Shown: piece after piece, positions 8,612 through 17,776 of the stretch
Position numbering within the stretch: position 1 is the stretch's first letter
Layout: each line of letters starts with the position of its first letter
Assembly (NCBI GenBank): GCA_019058315.1
Contig: JAHPZH010000002.1
Location: 128,001 to 192,000 of the forward strand
Length of the DNA stretch: 64,000 nt
Reading direction: 5' to 3'
Source: Candidatus Helarchaeota archaeon
GTDB taxonomy: Archaea > Asgardarchaeota > Lokiarchaeia > Helarchaeales > RDOG01
Translations under genes and position numbers: made by a program
Notes under the pieces: model-generated
What the model saw: the letters and a program-made list of their open reading frames with translations, nothing else
Databases searched by the model: none
What the model was told of the DNA's origin: nothing

Positions 8612-10261
8612 TTATTTTGAAAGAGAATCGGACCAGTTTTTTCGAATTTCATTTATATGGATTTCATCTATTAAATTTTTTCTTAATAACTCATTAAAAC
8701 CTCTAGAAATCTTTCTATCAATATCAGGATTAGAAAAAAGATTTTCTTTTGAACAATTAAATTCAAAATTACTTCTTAGTTCCAAATTTATTTCTAAAGC
8801 GTTTTCTAATCGTTCTTGTAACATGACTTTAAATGAACTGTGTAAAAAATCAAAGGGAACCCATCTTTCTGATGTATTAAATTGGTTTGGGAGGAGGGAT
8901 GGTGGAGAAACGATAATTTTTTCATCACCATCGATTGTTTCAATCTCTGAAATATATAAAGGAATCCAAACTTTATTAATTGGCATAACTATTCCAAGGG
9001 AATTTCCTGAAACCGACCAAGATCCTAAATAACTCTTTTCATTTTCACAGACTTTTATAATTTTATCGATTTTTTCAAGAAGTATTTGAGCTTTATTATC
9101 AATTCTTTCCTTAATTTGTGTAAGTTGAGATAATTCTTTCTCTCTTTGTTCTTTAATTTTAGGAATTTTTTTATCCCCTTCTTCAACTAACTTTTGAAAT
9201 TTATTTTCAATATCGGATTCTTGGGTTCTGATTTCTGAAGCAAGTGCATCTATATCTTTTTGACTATTTTCTATTTCAATTTTAGTTTTAGTTATTAGCT
9301 CCTTAAAATTTGGAATATCCTTATCCAAGTTTTTTATTAATTTCAACGCTAAAGATAAGATTTCTTCAGGATCCTTTTCTTCAGCAAAAGAAGTTTTAAT
9401 TACTTGTGAATCTTTTAAAATTTTTTCAAGATTTTGTATAATTAACATAAATTTTTCAAAAATATTTTTTGAAATTGCATTATTCCGTTTTTCTTTCCAT
9501 TCCTGTAATTCATAATATTCATTAGATTTTTTAACTTCATAATCTCCTTTTATATTCTGTAATTCTGAATCAAGTTTGCTTAAAGTATATTTAGTTCTTT
9601 TTTCTTTTTCAGTATATTCTCTATTTATTTCAATTATCCAATCATCTGTAGTTGACGATACTAAGCCTTGAATCTGCTTCCAGCTCGTAATATTATCATC
9701 AACTTTTTTTATTGCACTCTTGAAAGATTCTGCAATATCAATCACGTTATCAGTGGTAAAGGCTTCCTCTAATTTCGCCATATAAGTCGATGGCTGAGTA
9801 TCTGTAAGTTTTATTAAAGTAGTTAATCCTCTTAAAACATCAGGGTCTATCATTCCCTTTATTTGAATCTCCTCTTGACCCTTTTCTTCAACTGTAGCTA
9901 AGACTTCATCTAAAACGTCAGGTAATCTATTTCTATCAGGACTTGCGTCTCTTAATAATCTTCCGATTTTAGCTCTATTTGGTGAACTACTTATTTTAAA
10001 ACTGAACGAAAAATAATCCAAATTATCAATTGCTATGTAATTTTGAGCATCGGCTTGAATTAAAGTGATTGGCCATAAAGCTTTCGAAAAAAAGATATAT
10101 TTTGATTTTAAAAATTCACTTTTTTTTCGTGAATATTCAATTAAAGCAAATTTTGATGCTAGTTCAAGATCAAATGGGAATGGAATAGAATTCTTTTCAT
10201 AAATTATACAAGGAGTAATGGAAAGAGATTCCTTTGCTGGTCCAATATTTTGACTTGCCAA
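8612..10261 (-). CDS. Hypothetical protein: globular N- and C-terminal regions flanking a long coiled coil
   Basis: 549 aa; beta-strand-like segments LWPITLI and VWIPLYI bracket about 250 aa of heptads; no Walker motifs. Confidence 0.6.
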   Translation of the reverse strand: MASQNIGPAKESLSITPCIIYEKNSIPFPFDLELASKFALIEYSRKKSEFLKSKYIFFSKALWPITLIQADAQNYIAIDNLDYFSFSFKISSSPNRAKIGRLLRDASPDRNRLPDVLDEVLATVEEKGQEEIQIKGMIDPDVLRGLTTLIKLTDTQPSTYMAKLEEAFTTDNVIDIAESFKSAIKKVDDNITSWKQIQGLVSSTTDDWIIEINREYTEKEKRTKYTLSKLDSELQNIKGDYEVKKSNEYYELQEWKEKRNNAISKNIFEKFMLIIQNLEKILKDSQVIKTSFAEEKDPEEILSLALKLIKNLDKDIPNFKELITKTKIEIENSQKDIDALASEIRTQESDIENKFQKLVEEGDKKIPKIKEQREKELSQLTQIKERIDNKAQILLEKIDKIIKVCENEKSYLGSWSVSGNSLGIVMPINKVWIPLYISEIETIDGDEKIIVSPPSLLPNQFNTSERWVPFDFLHSSFKVMLQERLENALEINLELRSNFEFNCSKENLFSNPDIDRKISRGFNELLRKNLIDEIHINEIRKNWSDSLSK

Positions 10262-10411
10262 TGAAATTTACCCCATTTTTAAAATTTAGCCATTTAATAT
10301 TAGTATATTAATGATTTTAAATTTAAAGGTAATAAAATAATAATAAATGTTTAAACTTATATTTTTGATTATTCTATTTTTTAAATAATTAAAAACAAAT
10401 GAGGTAATAAT

Positions 10412-12820
10412 GTGATATCTGGAGTTAGAAGGCGTGAGACCGCTGCTGAAGGAGCTAAATTATTTATTACTTCTGAAACATTATGCCAAAGATTAAGAAG
10501 AGAAATAGACAGGAAAAAAATTATTGAAATCACTGGAAAGAAGAGTAAATTTTTAGATTTTCTCTTAGGTTCTGTCACAATTCAATTATTTCATTATGTA
10601 GGTTTAAGAATAGATAAAATCACCTCCCAAACTCAATTATCTACTGAAACTGAGAAAGAATTCGAATTAAGCCAGAAAAAAACCTTATTTTCTGAGTTAA
10701 AAGACTTTTCCAGTGATTTTTTCTTAAAAGAAATTGAAATTTTTGAAAAAGAAGTGTTACTAGAACAAGAGATTATAAAGAATGCTATTAATCAAAGAAA
10801 AGAAAAAATAGATAAGGATGTAATTTTTACTCAAAACTTGAAATTCTTACGGTCTCAGTTAATATCCCTTTTTAGAAATTATCCAAATCAATGTTTTTAT
10901 GATTATCTAGGAAAAATTTTAGGTATTTCAGAAACAACAAGAAAAGAAATTCTCCAAAATGCCGCAGAATTTAAACCTACTCAAATTGAAATTGAAAAAG
11001 AAATGAAAAGGGAATATGAAGATGAATTTATAGAATTAGCCGTTTTTAATAGAATAAAAAAAATAATTAATGATAAATGGGAAATTATGGTTCCAAAACA
11101 ATTAGAAATGCAAAGTGTTATTTTAAAAAGATTAGAATCGGATATAATTAAATTTCTTATTGATAAGATCCCTTTTTCAGAAAAAGCTCTTAATTCCCAC
11201 CTTGAGAGTGGAATATTAAAATTAAAAATAATTGAAATAATAAAAGATTCTTGTAAAAATGATCATTTTTATGAAGAAATAGAATCTTCGATAATAAATT
11301 TACTAAATATAGAACTACACAAGCAAGCTTCAAAAGGTTCGAATTCGTTTTTGGATTTTATGTCAAATTTATTGCAAATATCATTAGATGAAGTTATGAG
11401 ATTCTTGGAAGTTCATGAAATAAAAAATGTTACAAATTTCTGTCAAGCCTTAACTTTAGAAATAGGAGAAATAGAAGAGAAATTAGAATCGAAATTAATA
11501 AGTGATTCTGATCTATTCCGTTTAGGTGATAGAGGACCATTAGTTCAAGCACAAAAAACTTTGGAGAGCTTAAAAGTTGAAGAAAGAGTTCCAGAAACAC
11601 TTTATGAAATGACACTGGAAGATCTATTTTCTGGAAAAACCCCTATATTTGGAAAACTCCTCAATGAAGTTTGTAAAAGAGTTAATATTTCCCCAGAAAC
11701 TCTAAAATCATTAATTGAAAAAGATAAATTGTTAAAACAGATTTTTAAGGATTCAGAGATTAGAGATATTGAACAAATAAGATTATCATTAAAAATGGAT
11801 AATATTTTAAAAGAAATTTCCCGTGAAATCTTTTATACCTTAATAACTAACTTTTTACGCTCGATTTCACGAATAGTCGAACAATATCAAAAAATCAAGA
11901 GGGATAAAGAAATATTTCTAATCGCAATCAACAGAATTTTTGATTTAAAGAGTTCAGAAAACTGGATTAAGGTTAAAGTTGAAGATCTAATAATTAATAA
12001 GATAATGGATAGACAAAAAGAGATCGTAGATCTAGTAGAAAATAAAGACCCATTTTTTATTAATGGATTTATATGGGCAAGATTATCTGATAAAACTATT
12101 AAAAAGGCACTAGAAGAATTGAAAAAAACAAATAGTCCAGTATATGAAGATATAAAACCTCTCTCACTATCCTTTGATAATATCCCTCCTATCTCATATG
12201 CGACTGCTTATGATATGTGTATCAGGATAGAAAAGGGTTTACAAACAAAGCGTTTAGAATCTAAAAAAAGAAAAGCAAAGGAAGAAGTAATGAAAACTGC
12301 TGAGACAAAACAAGTATTTAAGGATGCTGATACTTATGGCTGGTTGGAAAAGCGGATTAATATGTCTCTAATGAGAATCGGGAAAATTCAACCCAGTCAA
12401 CTCTATTGGAAAGAAGAAGATTCCAATAAGTTATCTAAAATTATATTGTTACATACTCAAGTTAAAAGAGGGCAGGAAATTTGTCCTGAATGCGGTGAAA
12501 ATGTAAATTTAGAAAAATGTGATATACATGGTCCATGTATACCAAAAAAAGCTTCATTAATAGATACTTTGGCTAAATTTTATTCCTTTTCTGTAGATAA
12601 ATTAAAAAAAGTCGATTTTAGTTCAGCTACAAATTTTGTTTTACAAACTGCGAGTCCAATTTTAAAAAAGAGACTTGGTCATGAACCAAAAATTGAAGAG
12701 TACGAGAAATTGCTCGAGGGTGAAATCTTAGAATTAGGTAAAGTATTAGGAGAAGATATAGGAAAAAAATTGAACAAGGCTTTATATAAAACTTGGCGTA
12801 AAAAAGAATTAGGGCGTTAA
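10412..12820 (+). CDS. Large helical hypothetical protein with a C-terminal Zn-finger-like insert
   Basis: 802 aa, mostly helical; CPECG...CDIHGPC near the C-terminus. Confidence 0.6.
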   Translation: MISGVRRRETAAEGAKLFITSETLCQRLRREIDRKKIIEITGKKSKFLDFLLGSVTIQLFHYVGLRIDKITSQTQLSTETEKEFELSQKKTLFSELKDFSSDFFLKEIEIFEKEVLLEQEIIKNAINQRKEKIDKDVIFTQNLKFLRSQLISLFRNYPNQCFYDYLGKILGISETTRKEILQNAAEFKPTQIEIEKEMKREYEDEFIELAVFNRIKKIINDKWEIMVPKQLEMQSVILKRLESDIIKFLIDKIPFSEKALNSHLESGILKLKIIEIIKDSCKNDHFYEEIESSIINLLNIELHKQASKGSNSFLDFMSNLLQISLDEVMRFLEVHEIKNVTNFCQALTLEIGEIEEKLESKLISDSDLFRLGDRGPLVQAQKTLESLKVEERVPETLYEMTLEDLFSGKTPIFGKLLNEVCKRVNISPETLKSLIEKDKLLKQIFKDSEIRDIEQIRLSLKMDNILKEISREIFYTLITNFLRSISRIVEQYQKIKRDKEIFLIAINRIFDLKSSENWIKVKVEDLIINKIMDRQKEIVDLVENKDPFFINGFIWARLSDKTIKKALEELKKTNSPVYEDIKPLSLSFDNIPPISYATAYDMCIRIEKGLQTKRLESKKRKAKEEVMKTAETKQVFKDADTYGWLEKRINMSLMRIGKIQPSQLYWKEEDSNKLSKIILLHTQVKRGQEICPECGENVNLEKCDIHGPCIPKKASLIDTLAKFYSFSVDKLKKVDFSSATNFVLQTASPILKKRLGHEPKIEEYEKLLEGEILELGKVLGEDIGKKLNKALYKTWRKKELGR

Positions 12821-12831
12821 CAAATATTCTA

Positions 12832-13452
12832 TTAGGGTTTTTTTAGACTCAAATAATATTTCAAAACAGCGTCCCGAGCTACCTGTTGAAATGATCTTTT
12901 GATATTTTTACCCTGAATTGCAATCGTATCGTAGATCTGGGTCGACATTTCTATTCCGTGAGGATTAACTATAGTTCCTAGTCCTTTTTCCTTTAAATAT
13001 TCTTCAACTTTTGTTTTTGAAATCAAGTTAGGTAGATCAACTTTATTCAGTTGGACCAAAAAAGGGATCTTCTTTCCTAGAGCTCCACTTAAATGACCAA
13101 TCAATTCATCGAGACTCCAAAGATTTTCTTCCGTTTGGTCCTCTTGTGCGTCCCATACGAAGATTACCGCGTCTACGCCATTTAGAATCGTTTTACGCTG
13201 AAATTTATGGCGTTTTTGACCAGCAACTGTATAGACTTGTAGAGAAACGCCTCCAACACCCGCAGTCATACGATCAAAGAATAGGGTTCGCCCAGTGGGA
13301 TCCACTATTGACTGCATCTTACCCTTAGCCATCCCCTCTTTCTCGAACATCCACTTTACGGCTGTTGTTTTTCCCGATAAAGATGCTCCCCAGTACACAA
13401 TTTTGAATACTAACTTACCATCAGAACCTCGACTGGGGCACACAAATTTCAC
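12832..13452 (-). CDS. mglA: MglA-family small GTPase
   Basis: KIVYWGASLSGKTT (G1), RTLFFD (MglA switch I with Arg), TVAGQ (MglA-type G3), NKVD (G4), TIA (G5). Confidence 0.85.
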   Translation of the reverse strand: MKFVCPSRGSDGKLVFKIVYWGASLSGKTTAVKWMFEKEGMAKGKMQSIVDPTGRTLFFDRMTAGVGGVSLQVYTVAGQKRHKFQRKTILNGVDAVIFVWDAQEDQTEENLWSLDELIGHLSGALGKKIPFLVQLNKVDLPNLISKTKVEEYLKEKGLGTIVNPHGIEMSTQIYDTIAIQGKNIKRSFQQVARDAVLKYYLSLKKP

Positions 13453-13631
13453 CTTTTGTTTTGTAGATTGCGTAATTCATTTAGAAAGGGGATAATAAAA
13501 ATTTAATTGTTTAAACTACTTTTTTATTTTTCCTTTTAAAATATTGCGAAGTAATTGATTTTATTAATTTGAATAAATGATATTTTATCTGGATAGAAAT
13601 TAAACCATTAAATATCTCACTATTTTTTTCC

Positions 13632-14720
13632 TTAAAACCCCGCTTGTTCTAGGGGTGGAAGCCAAGCTTTTTTTACTTCTTTCAAAGACTCATAAATTTG
13701 GATAAAATCTTTGGAAATTGGAAGAATCATTTCAAGATCCGCTTTTTTAATTGAAAAATACCCATTTTCCTTTAAAAGCCTCGTAAGATGAAAATGGTTA
13801 TCATGTACAAAAGCCATCATAACTGGAGATTCCATAGCAGCTATAGCTTCTAATTTATTGAGAAGGGAATATCCAATATCATATATTCTAGACTCTAGGT
13901 CAATAAAGAAGTCTGCAAGAACATATGAACTTAGATAATATTTTAATATTAAAGTATAGGATTTTAAGATAGATCCTCCACCAATCAACTGTCGACCTCT
14001 TTTTATTGCTAAATTTATACTCTTATCCCTTTTAGGTCTATTTACTTTAAACCAATGCCAGTAATTTTTATCGTATACATTGCCACCAATGAAATTTTTA
14101 TTATGCTCATTTATTTTTTTAATAAATTCCAATTGTTCTCCTTTTTGAATTTCAAATTGTATATTTTTCGCTCTTTTTCTTCTTTTTGCTTTTAATTTCA
14201 ATAAATAGAATAATGGGAAAAAGGGGAATAGGGGAAAAATTTCCTTTCTAAATTTCAGAGGATTGATAATTTTCATAAAAAGAGAATAATATATTTTATA
14301 AATATAGCCAAGTCTTTTGTAAAGTTTCCTTGCATGCCCTCCTGGATCTGCCATAAGGACTGAACCATCTGCACCATAATTCTTAGTAAACTCTATTGCA
14401 CGTTCCATTAGATTTCTAGCAATTCCTCTTTTTTCTAAAATTGGACATGTAGCCACATCATCAATTCCTCCAAACAAAAATTCTTGATCCCCAAATCTCA
14501 TTTTATGAAAAGTAACAATAACGCTTCCAACTATTATACCATTCTTTTCTGCAATCATAATTCCTTCAGGAATAAACCTTGGAGGTCTTTTTTTATATTT
14601 CCAATCCCAAAATTCTAATGTCCTAGGTTGACAGAATCTTGTTTTACAAAAAGCACTATGGAATAGTTTATCAATTCCTGATTCATCACCATCTTGGAAA
14701 ATTCGGTATTTAATTGGCAT
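13632..14720 (-). CDS. GNAT family N-acetyltransferase (two-domain)
   Basis: IDDVATCPILEKRGIARNLM acetyl-CoA-binding motif and ARKLYKRLGY. Confidence 0.85.
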   Translation of the reverse strand: MPIKYRIFQDGDESGIDKLFHSAFCKTRFCQPRTLEFWDWKYKKRPPRFIPEGIMIAEKNGIIVGSVIVTFHKMRFGDQEFLFGGIDDVATCPILEKRGIARNLMERAIEFTKNYGADGSVLMADPGGHARKLYKRLGYIYKIYYSLFMKIINPLKFRKEIFPLFPFFPLFYLLKLKAKRRKRAKNIQFEIQKGEQLEFIKKINEHNKNFIGGNVYDKNYWHWFKVNRPKRDKSINLAIKRGRQLIGGGSILKSYTLILKYYLSSYVLADFFIDLESRIYDIGYSLLNKLEAIAAMESPVMMAFVHDNHFHLTRLLKENGYFSIKKADLEMILPISKDFIQIYESLKEVKKAWLPPLEQAGF

Positions 14721-14744
14721 TTCGTATCAATGAATAAAAAATAG

Positions 14745-16094
14745 TTAAGTTAAAAGCTCTAACTTTGTCCTATCTTCCAAAACGGCTTTTGTGCAAGCTA
14801 ATGCTGATGTATGGGCTATTTCACCTCCAGTGCCTGGAACACCATAAGAATCACCTGCAAAATAAAGCCCCTCAATTTCACTTTTCACTTTAGGGCGTAA
14901 ATTACGATGTTGAGTAATAAATGGTACTGCCCCATCAACAATTCCTGCACTAGTTCTATGCCAAATAATTTTATTAGAAAAATCATGATACATTTCGTTT
15001 AAAATATTCATAAGATTATCTTTTACTTGTTTAATTTTATCTTTATCGGAGATAACATCTAATTCAGTTGGTTGGAAAATTGTATAAATTTGTTCTCCTT
15101 CTGGCACAATACTTTCGTCCAGATTTGATGCAAAGAAAGACATAGTAAAAGGATCTTTTGTTAAGATAGTTCCATCATGATCCGATATTTTTTCTTTAAG
15201 CCCAAAATCCATGAACACACCAACGGTAGGTATAATGTTTTTAGCCATTTTAATAAAATCTGGTGAAAAATTCGATTCAGAAATTAGATCAAATATTGAT
15301 TTAGAAGGTATTGCCAATATAACAGTATTTGCTTCTATAAATTCTCCACCTAGATTTACACCCACAATTGATTTATTATCAATCTTCACACTATCAACCT
15401 TTGATTTCGTTCTTATTTCTCCATGCTCTTTAATAATTGAAGTTAATTTTTCAATTATTGATTTCCAACCTCCACGAGGATAACAAGTTCCTGATGGTGC
15501 TTTTGATCCAGTTTTAATACCATCAACAAATTCTCCTGATGACAACATTTCAGTTTTTGTTGATACACACATTAGATTTGCTACTACGACAAGAAAATCC
15601 TTAATAGGTTCTGATAATTTACCATGTTTATCTTCAAGCTCTTTAATATAATCAGGTACAGATATATCTAAGTAATCATCAACTTTTAATTTTAAAATAT
15701 CCACTAAAACCGGTCCAAATGTCTTCTTCTCTTCATCATTAAAGATATCGGTCGAAGCTAGACCACGCATAGAGAGTGGAAAATCATGAAATGCGCCATC
15801 TTGGAATAATTTAATATCGCCACAATTAATTATATCTAATTTTTCGCCAAGTTGTTTCTTAAATATCTTATACATTGAACTTTTTGTTGAATATCTTATT
15901 AAATGAATCCCAAAGTCGACAATATAACCTTTTTTGTATTCAATTGAATTAGATCTGCCACCTAGCATGGAAGTTTTTTCTAAAAGTAAAATTTTTTGTC
16001 CATTTTTTGCTAAAATCGCTCCAGTGAGTAATCCTGCTATTCCACCACCAACAATTATGGTATCAAACGTCAAAAAAATAAACCTCTTTAACAC
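14745..16094 (-). CDS. FAD-dependent oxidoreductase, phytoene dehydrogenase-like
   Basis: IVGGGIAG, LLEK...LGGR, VDFGIH, YPRGG and GLYFAGD. Confidence 0.85.
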   Translation of the reverse strand: MLKRFIFLTFDTIIVGGGIAGLLTGAILAKNGQKILLLEKTSMLGGRSNSIEYKKGYIVDFGIHLIRYSTKSSMYKIFKKQLGEKLDIINCGDIKLFQDGAFHDFPLSMRGLASTDIFNDEEKKTFGPVLVDILKLKVDDYLDISVPDYIKELEDKHGKLSEPIKDFLVVVANLMCVSTKTEMLSSGEFVDGIKTGSKAPSGTCYPRGGWKSIIEKLTSIIKEHGEIRTKSKVDSVKIDNKSIVGVNLGGEFIEANTVILAIPSKSIFDLISESNFSPDFIKMAKNIIPTVGVFMDFGLKEKISDHDGTILTKDPFTMSFFASNLDESIVPEGEQIYTIFQPTELDVISDKDKIKQVKDNLMNILNEMYHDFSNKIIWHRTSAGIVDGAVPFITQHRNLRPKVKSEIEGLYFAGDSYGVPGTGGEIAHTSALACTKAVLEDRTKLELLT

Positions 16095-16266
16095 TCTTTT
16101 TAGATAAATATTTGTTCCTCAAATGAAATTATTTTAAATTAGTATTAATTTAATTTTAAATGAAACGATTTTAAATTAATATTGATAGATTTGAAAATAA
16201 GTATCAAAAATATATTCAAAATTTAAATTAAAAATAATTAATATCAAAAGATGGGCGAATTTAAAA

Positions 16267-16914
16267 ATGTCAGATCGATTTTGGGATAAGCAAGGGCGTC
16301 CTTTTGTATTAGAAGGAGAAACCATTCAACATAGTGTTCCCGAAGTGCATATCTCAGGCAGTGCTGCTTCTAAAGGTCTTATGGAAATTGGGGATTTAAA
16401 AATGGGGGATCTATACGTTACAAATACTCGATTAATCTTTATTGGGGAAGTTAGAAAATCAAAGGATCCAAGACAAAAATTTGATGGTTTAAGTATTTTT
16501 TATGATGATATAAGTGAATTAGGGAAAGTTCAAAAAGATAAGTTTTCAGTATTATGTGTTTTCAAAAAAGGCCGTTGGAGATCACAAAAAGCTAGGGTCT
16601 ATTTTAAAAAGTTACCAAAAGATCAAATTGAAAAAGTGACTGATTATATACGAAATGCCTTGCAAGAAATAGAATATGCTGAAACTGGTGAACGACCAGA
16701 ACCAAGAGAAAAAATTGAGAAAAAAAACAAGGAGAAAATTGAAGAAGAGAAAAAAGTTGATCCCGATCTACTAAAAGCTCAAGCAATGTTTAGCGAGATA
16801 AAAGAAGATTCCGTTGAATTAATGTGCCCTGCATGTGGTGGTTATGTATTATACAAACCTGGGATGAAAACTTGCCCAATATGTGGAAAAGAAGTGAATT
16901 TTTTACCAGAATAA
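16267..16914 (+). CDS. GRAM/GLUE-type PH-fold domain + C-terminal zinc ribbon
   Basis: LEGETI...GDLYVTNTRLIF is the GRAM/GLUE signature; CPACG...CPICG at the C-terminus. Confidence 0.7.
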   Translation: MSDRFWDKQGRPFVLEGETIQHSVPEVHISGSAASKGLMEIGDLKMGDLYVTNTRLIFIGEVRKSKDPRQKFDGLSIFYDDISELGKVQKDKFSVLCVFKKGRWRSQKARVYFKKLPKDQIEKVTDYIRNALQEIEYAETGERPEPREKIEKKNKEKIEEEKKVDPDLLKAQAMFSEIKEDSVELMCPACGGYVLYKPGMKTCPICGKEVNFLPE

Positions 16915-16965
16915 TCTAAAAAAAAGAGAAGTCGAATTTCAAACTTAAAAAAATCATTTTTTAAT

Positions 16966-17556
16966 TTATTTTTTAATATAACAAGACAGAATTTTTTTTG
17001 CACATAAAGTAAATGCATTCTTTACATTCTTTCCGTCAATTGCTACCGTTTCTATAAAATCTACATTTCTTAATTTTGCTTTTTTAAATATTTCTTCCGC
17101 ATCTTTTCTAGTTACTCTTTTACCACGAGCAAGATCAATTTTATTGAACATACAGATCATAGGTAAATCTAATAATTTTCTTTTAAGAATTTCAATTAAT
17201 AAATTAATTGCAGCTAGATTATCCTTCCAAGCTTCTTTTGAGGCGTCCCAGACGAAAATTATTCCATCAACACCCCCTAAAATAGCCTTTTGGAGTGACT
17301 CAAAACTTTTTTTTCCGACTACACTCCACACTTGAAAAGAAACATTTGATTTACCAATTTTTGCCATCATTCGATCGAAAAATGACGCATCACGACCAGC
17401 TCTAACTTGAGTTAATTTTCCAGTTTGGATTCCCTTCTCCTTATCATGTATCCATCTAATGGATGTCCCTTTACCTGCTAATTCTGGTCCAAAATATACC
17501 ATTTTAAATACCAATGAACCATCAGGCAATTTTTGGGGCATCTTATTCCAACTCAT
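16966..17556 (-). CDS. MglA-like small GTPase with degenerate motifs
   Basis: DGSLVFKMVYFGPELAGKGT, ASFFDRM, SVVGK, NKID, ETVA; a clear paralog of 12832..13452. Confidence 0.8.
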   Translation of the reverse strand: MSWNKMPQKLPDGSLVFKMVYFGPELAGKGTSIRWIHDKEKGIQTGKLTQVRAGRDASFFDRMMAKIGKSNVSFQVWSVVGKKSFESLQKAILGGVDGIIFVWDASKEAWKDNLAAINLLIEILKRKLLDLPMICMFNKIDLARGKRVTRKDAEEIFKKAKLRNVDFIETVAIDGKNVKNAFTLCAKKILSCYIKK

Positions 17557-17776
17557 AAAGGAATTTCAATCTTAAACTATTTTTTTAGTATAATTTATGT
17601 ACTATTATTTTTAAAAATTTTGAAGTATGCGTTCGATCTCTTTAATGTTAGAAAATTAAATATAAATGTTTATGTATAAAAAGAAAAATCTAAAAGTCAT
17701 AGTTTACTAAATGAAGACATTGATTCGATTGATCATAAATTGTAAATTTTTAGATTATTAAATATGAAAATTAGGT

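Noticed and set aside
14745-16094. Rab-GDI-like role for the FAD-fold protein between the two MglA genes
   Set aside because: It retains full dinucleotide-binding and C-terminal GD motifs and has an enzymatic-looking paralog at 38379; the position may be coincidental.
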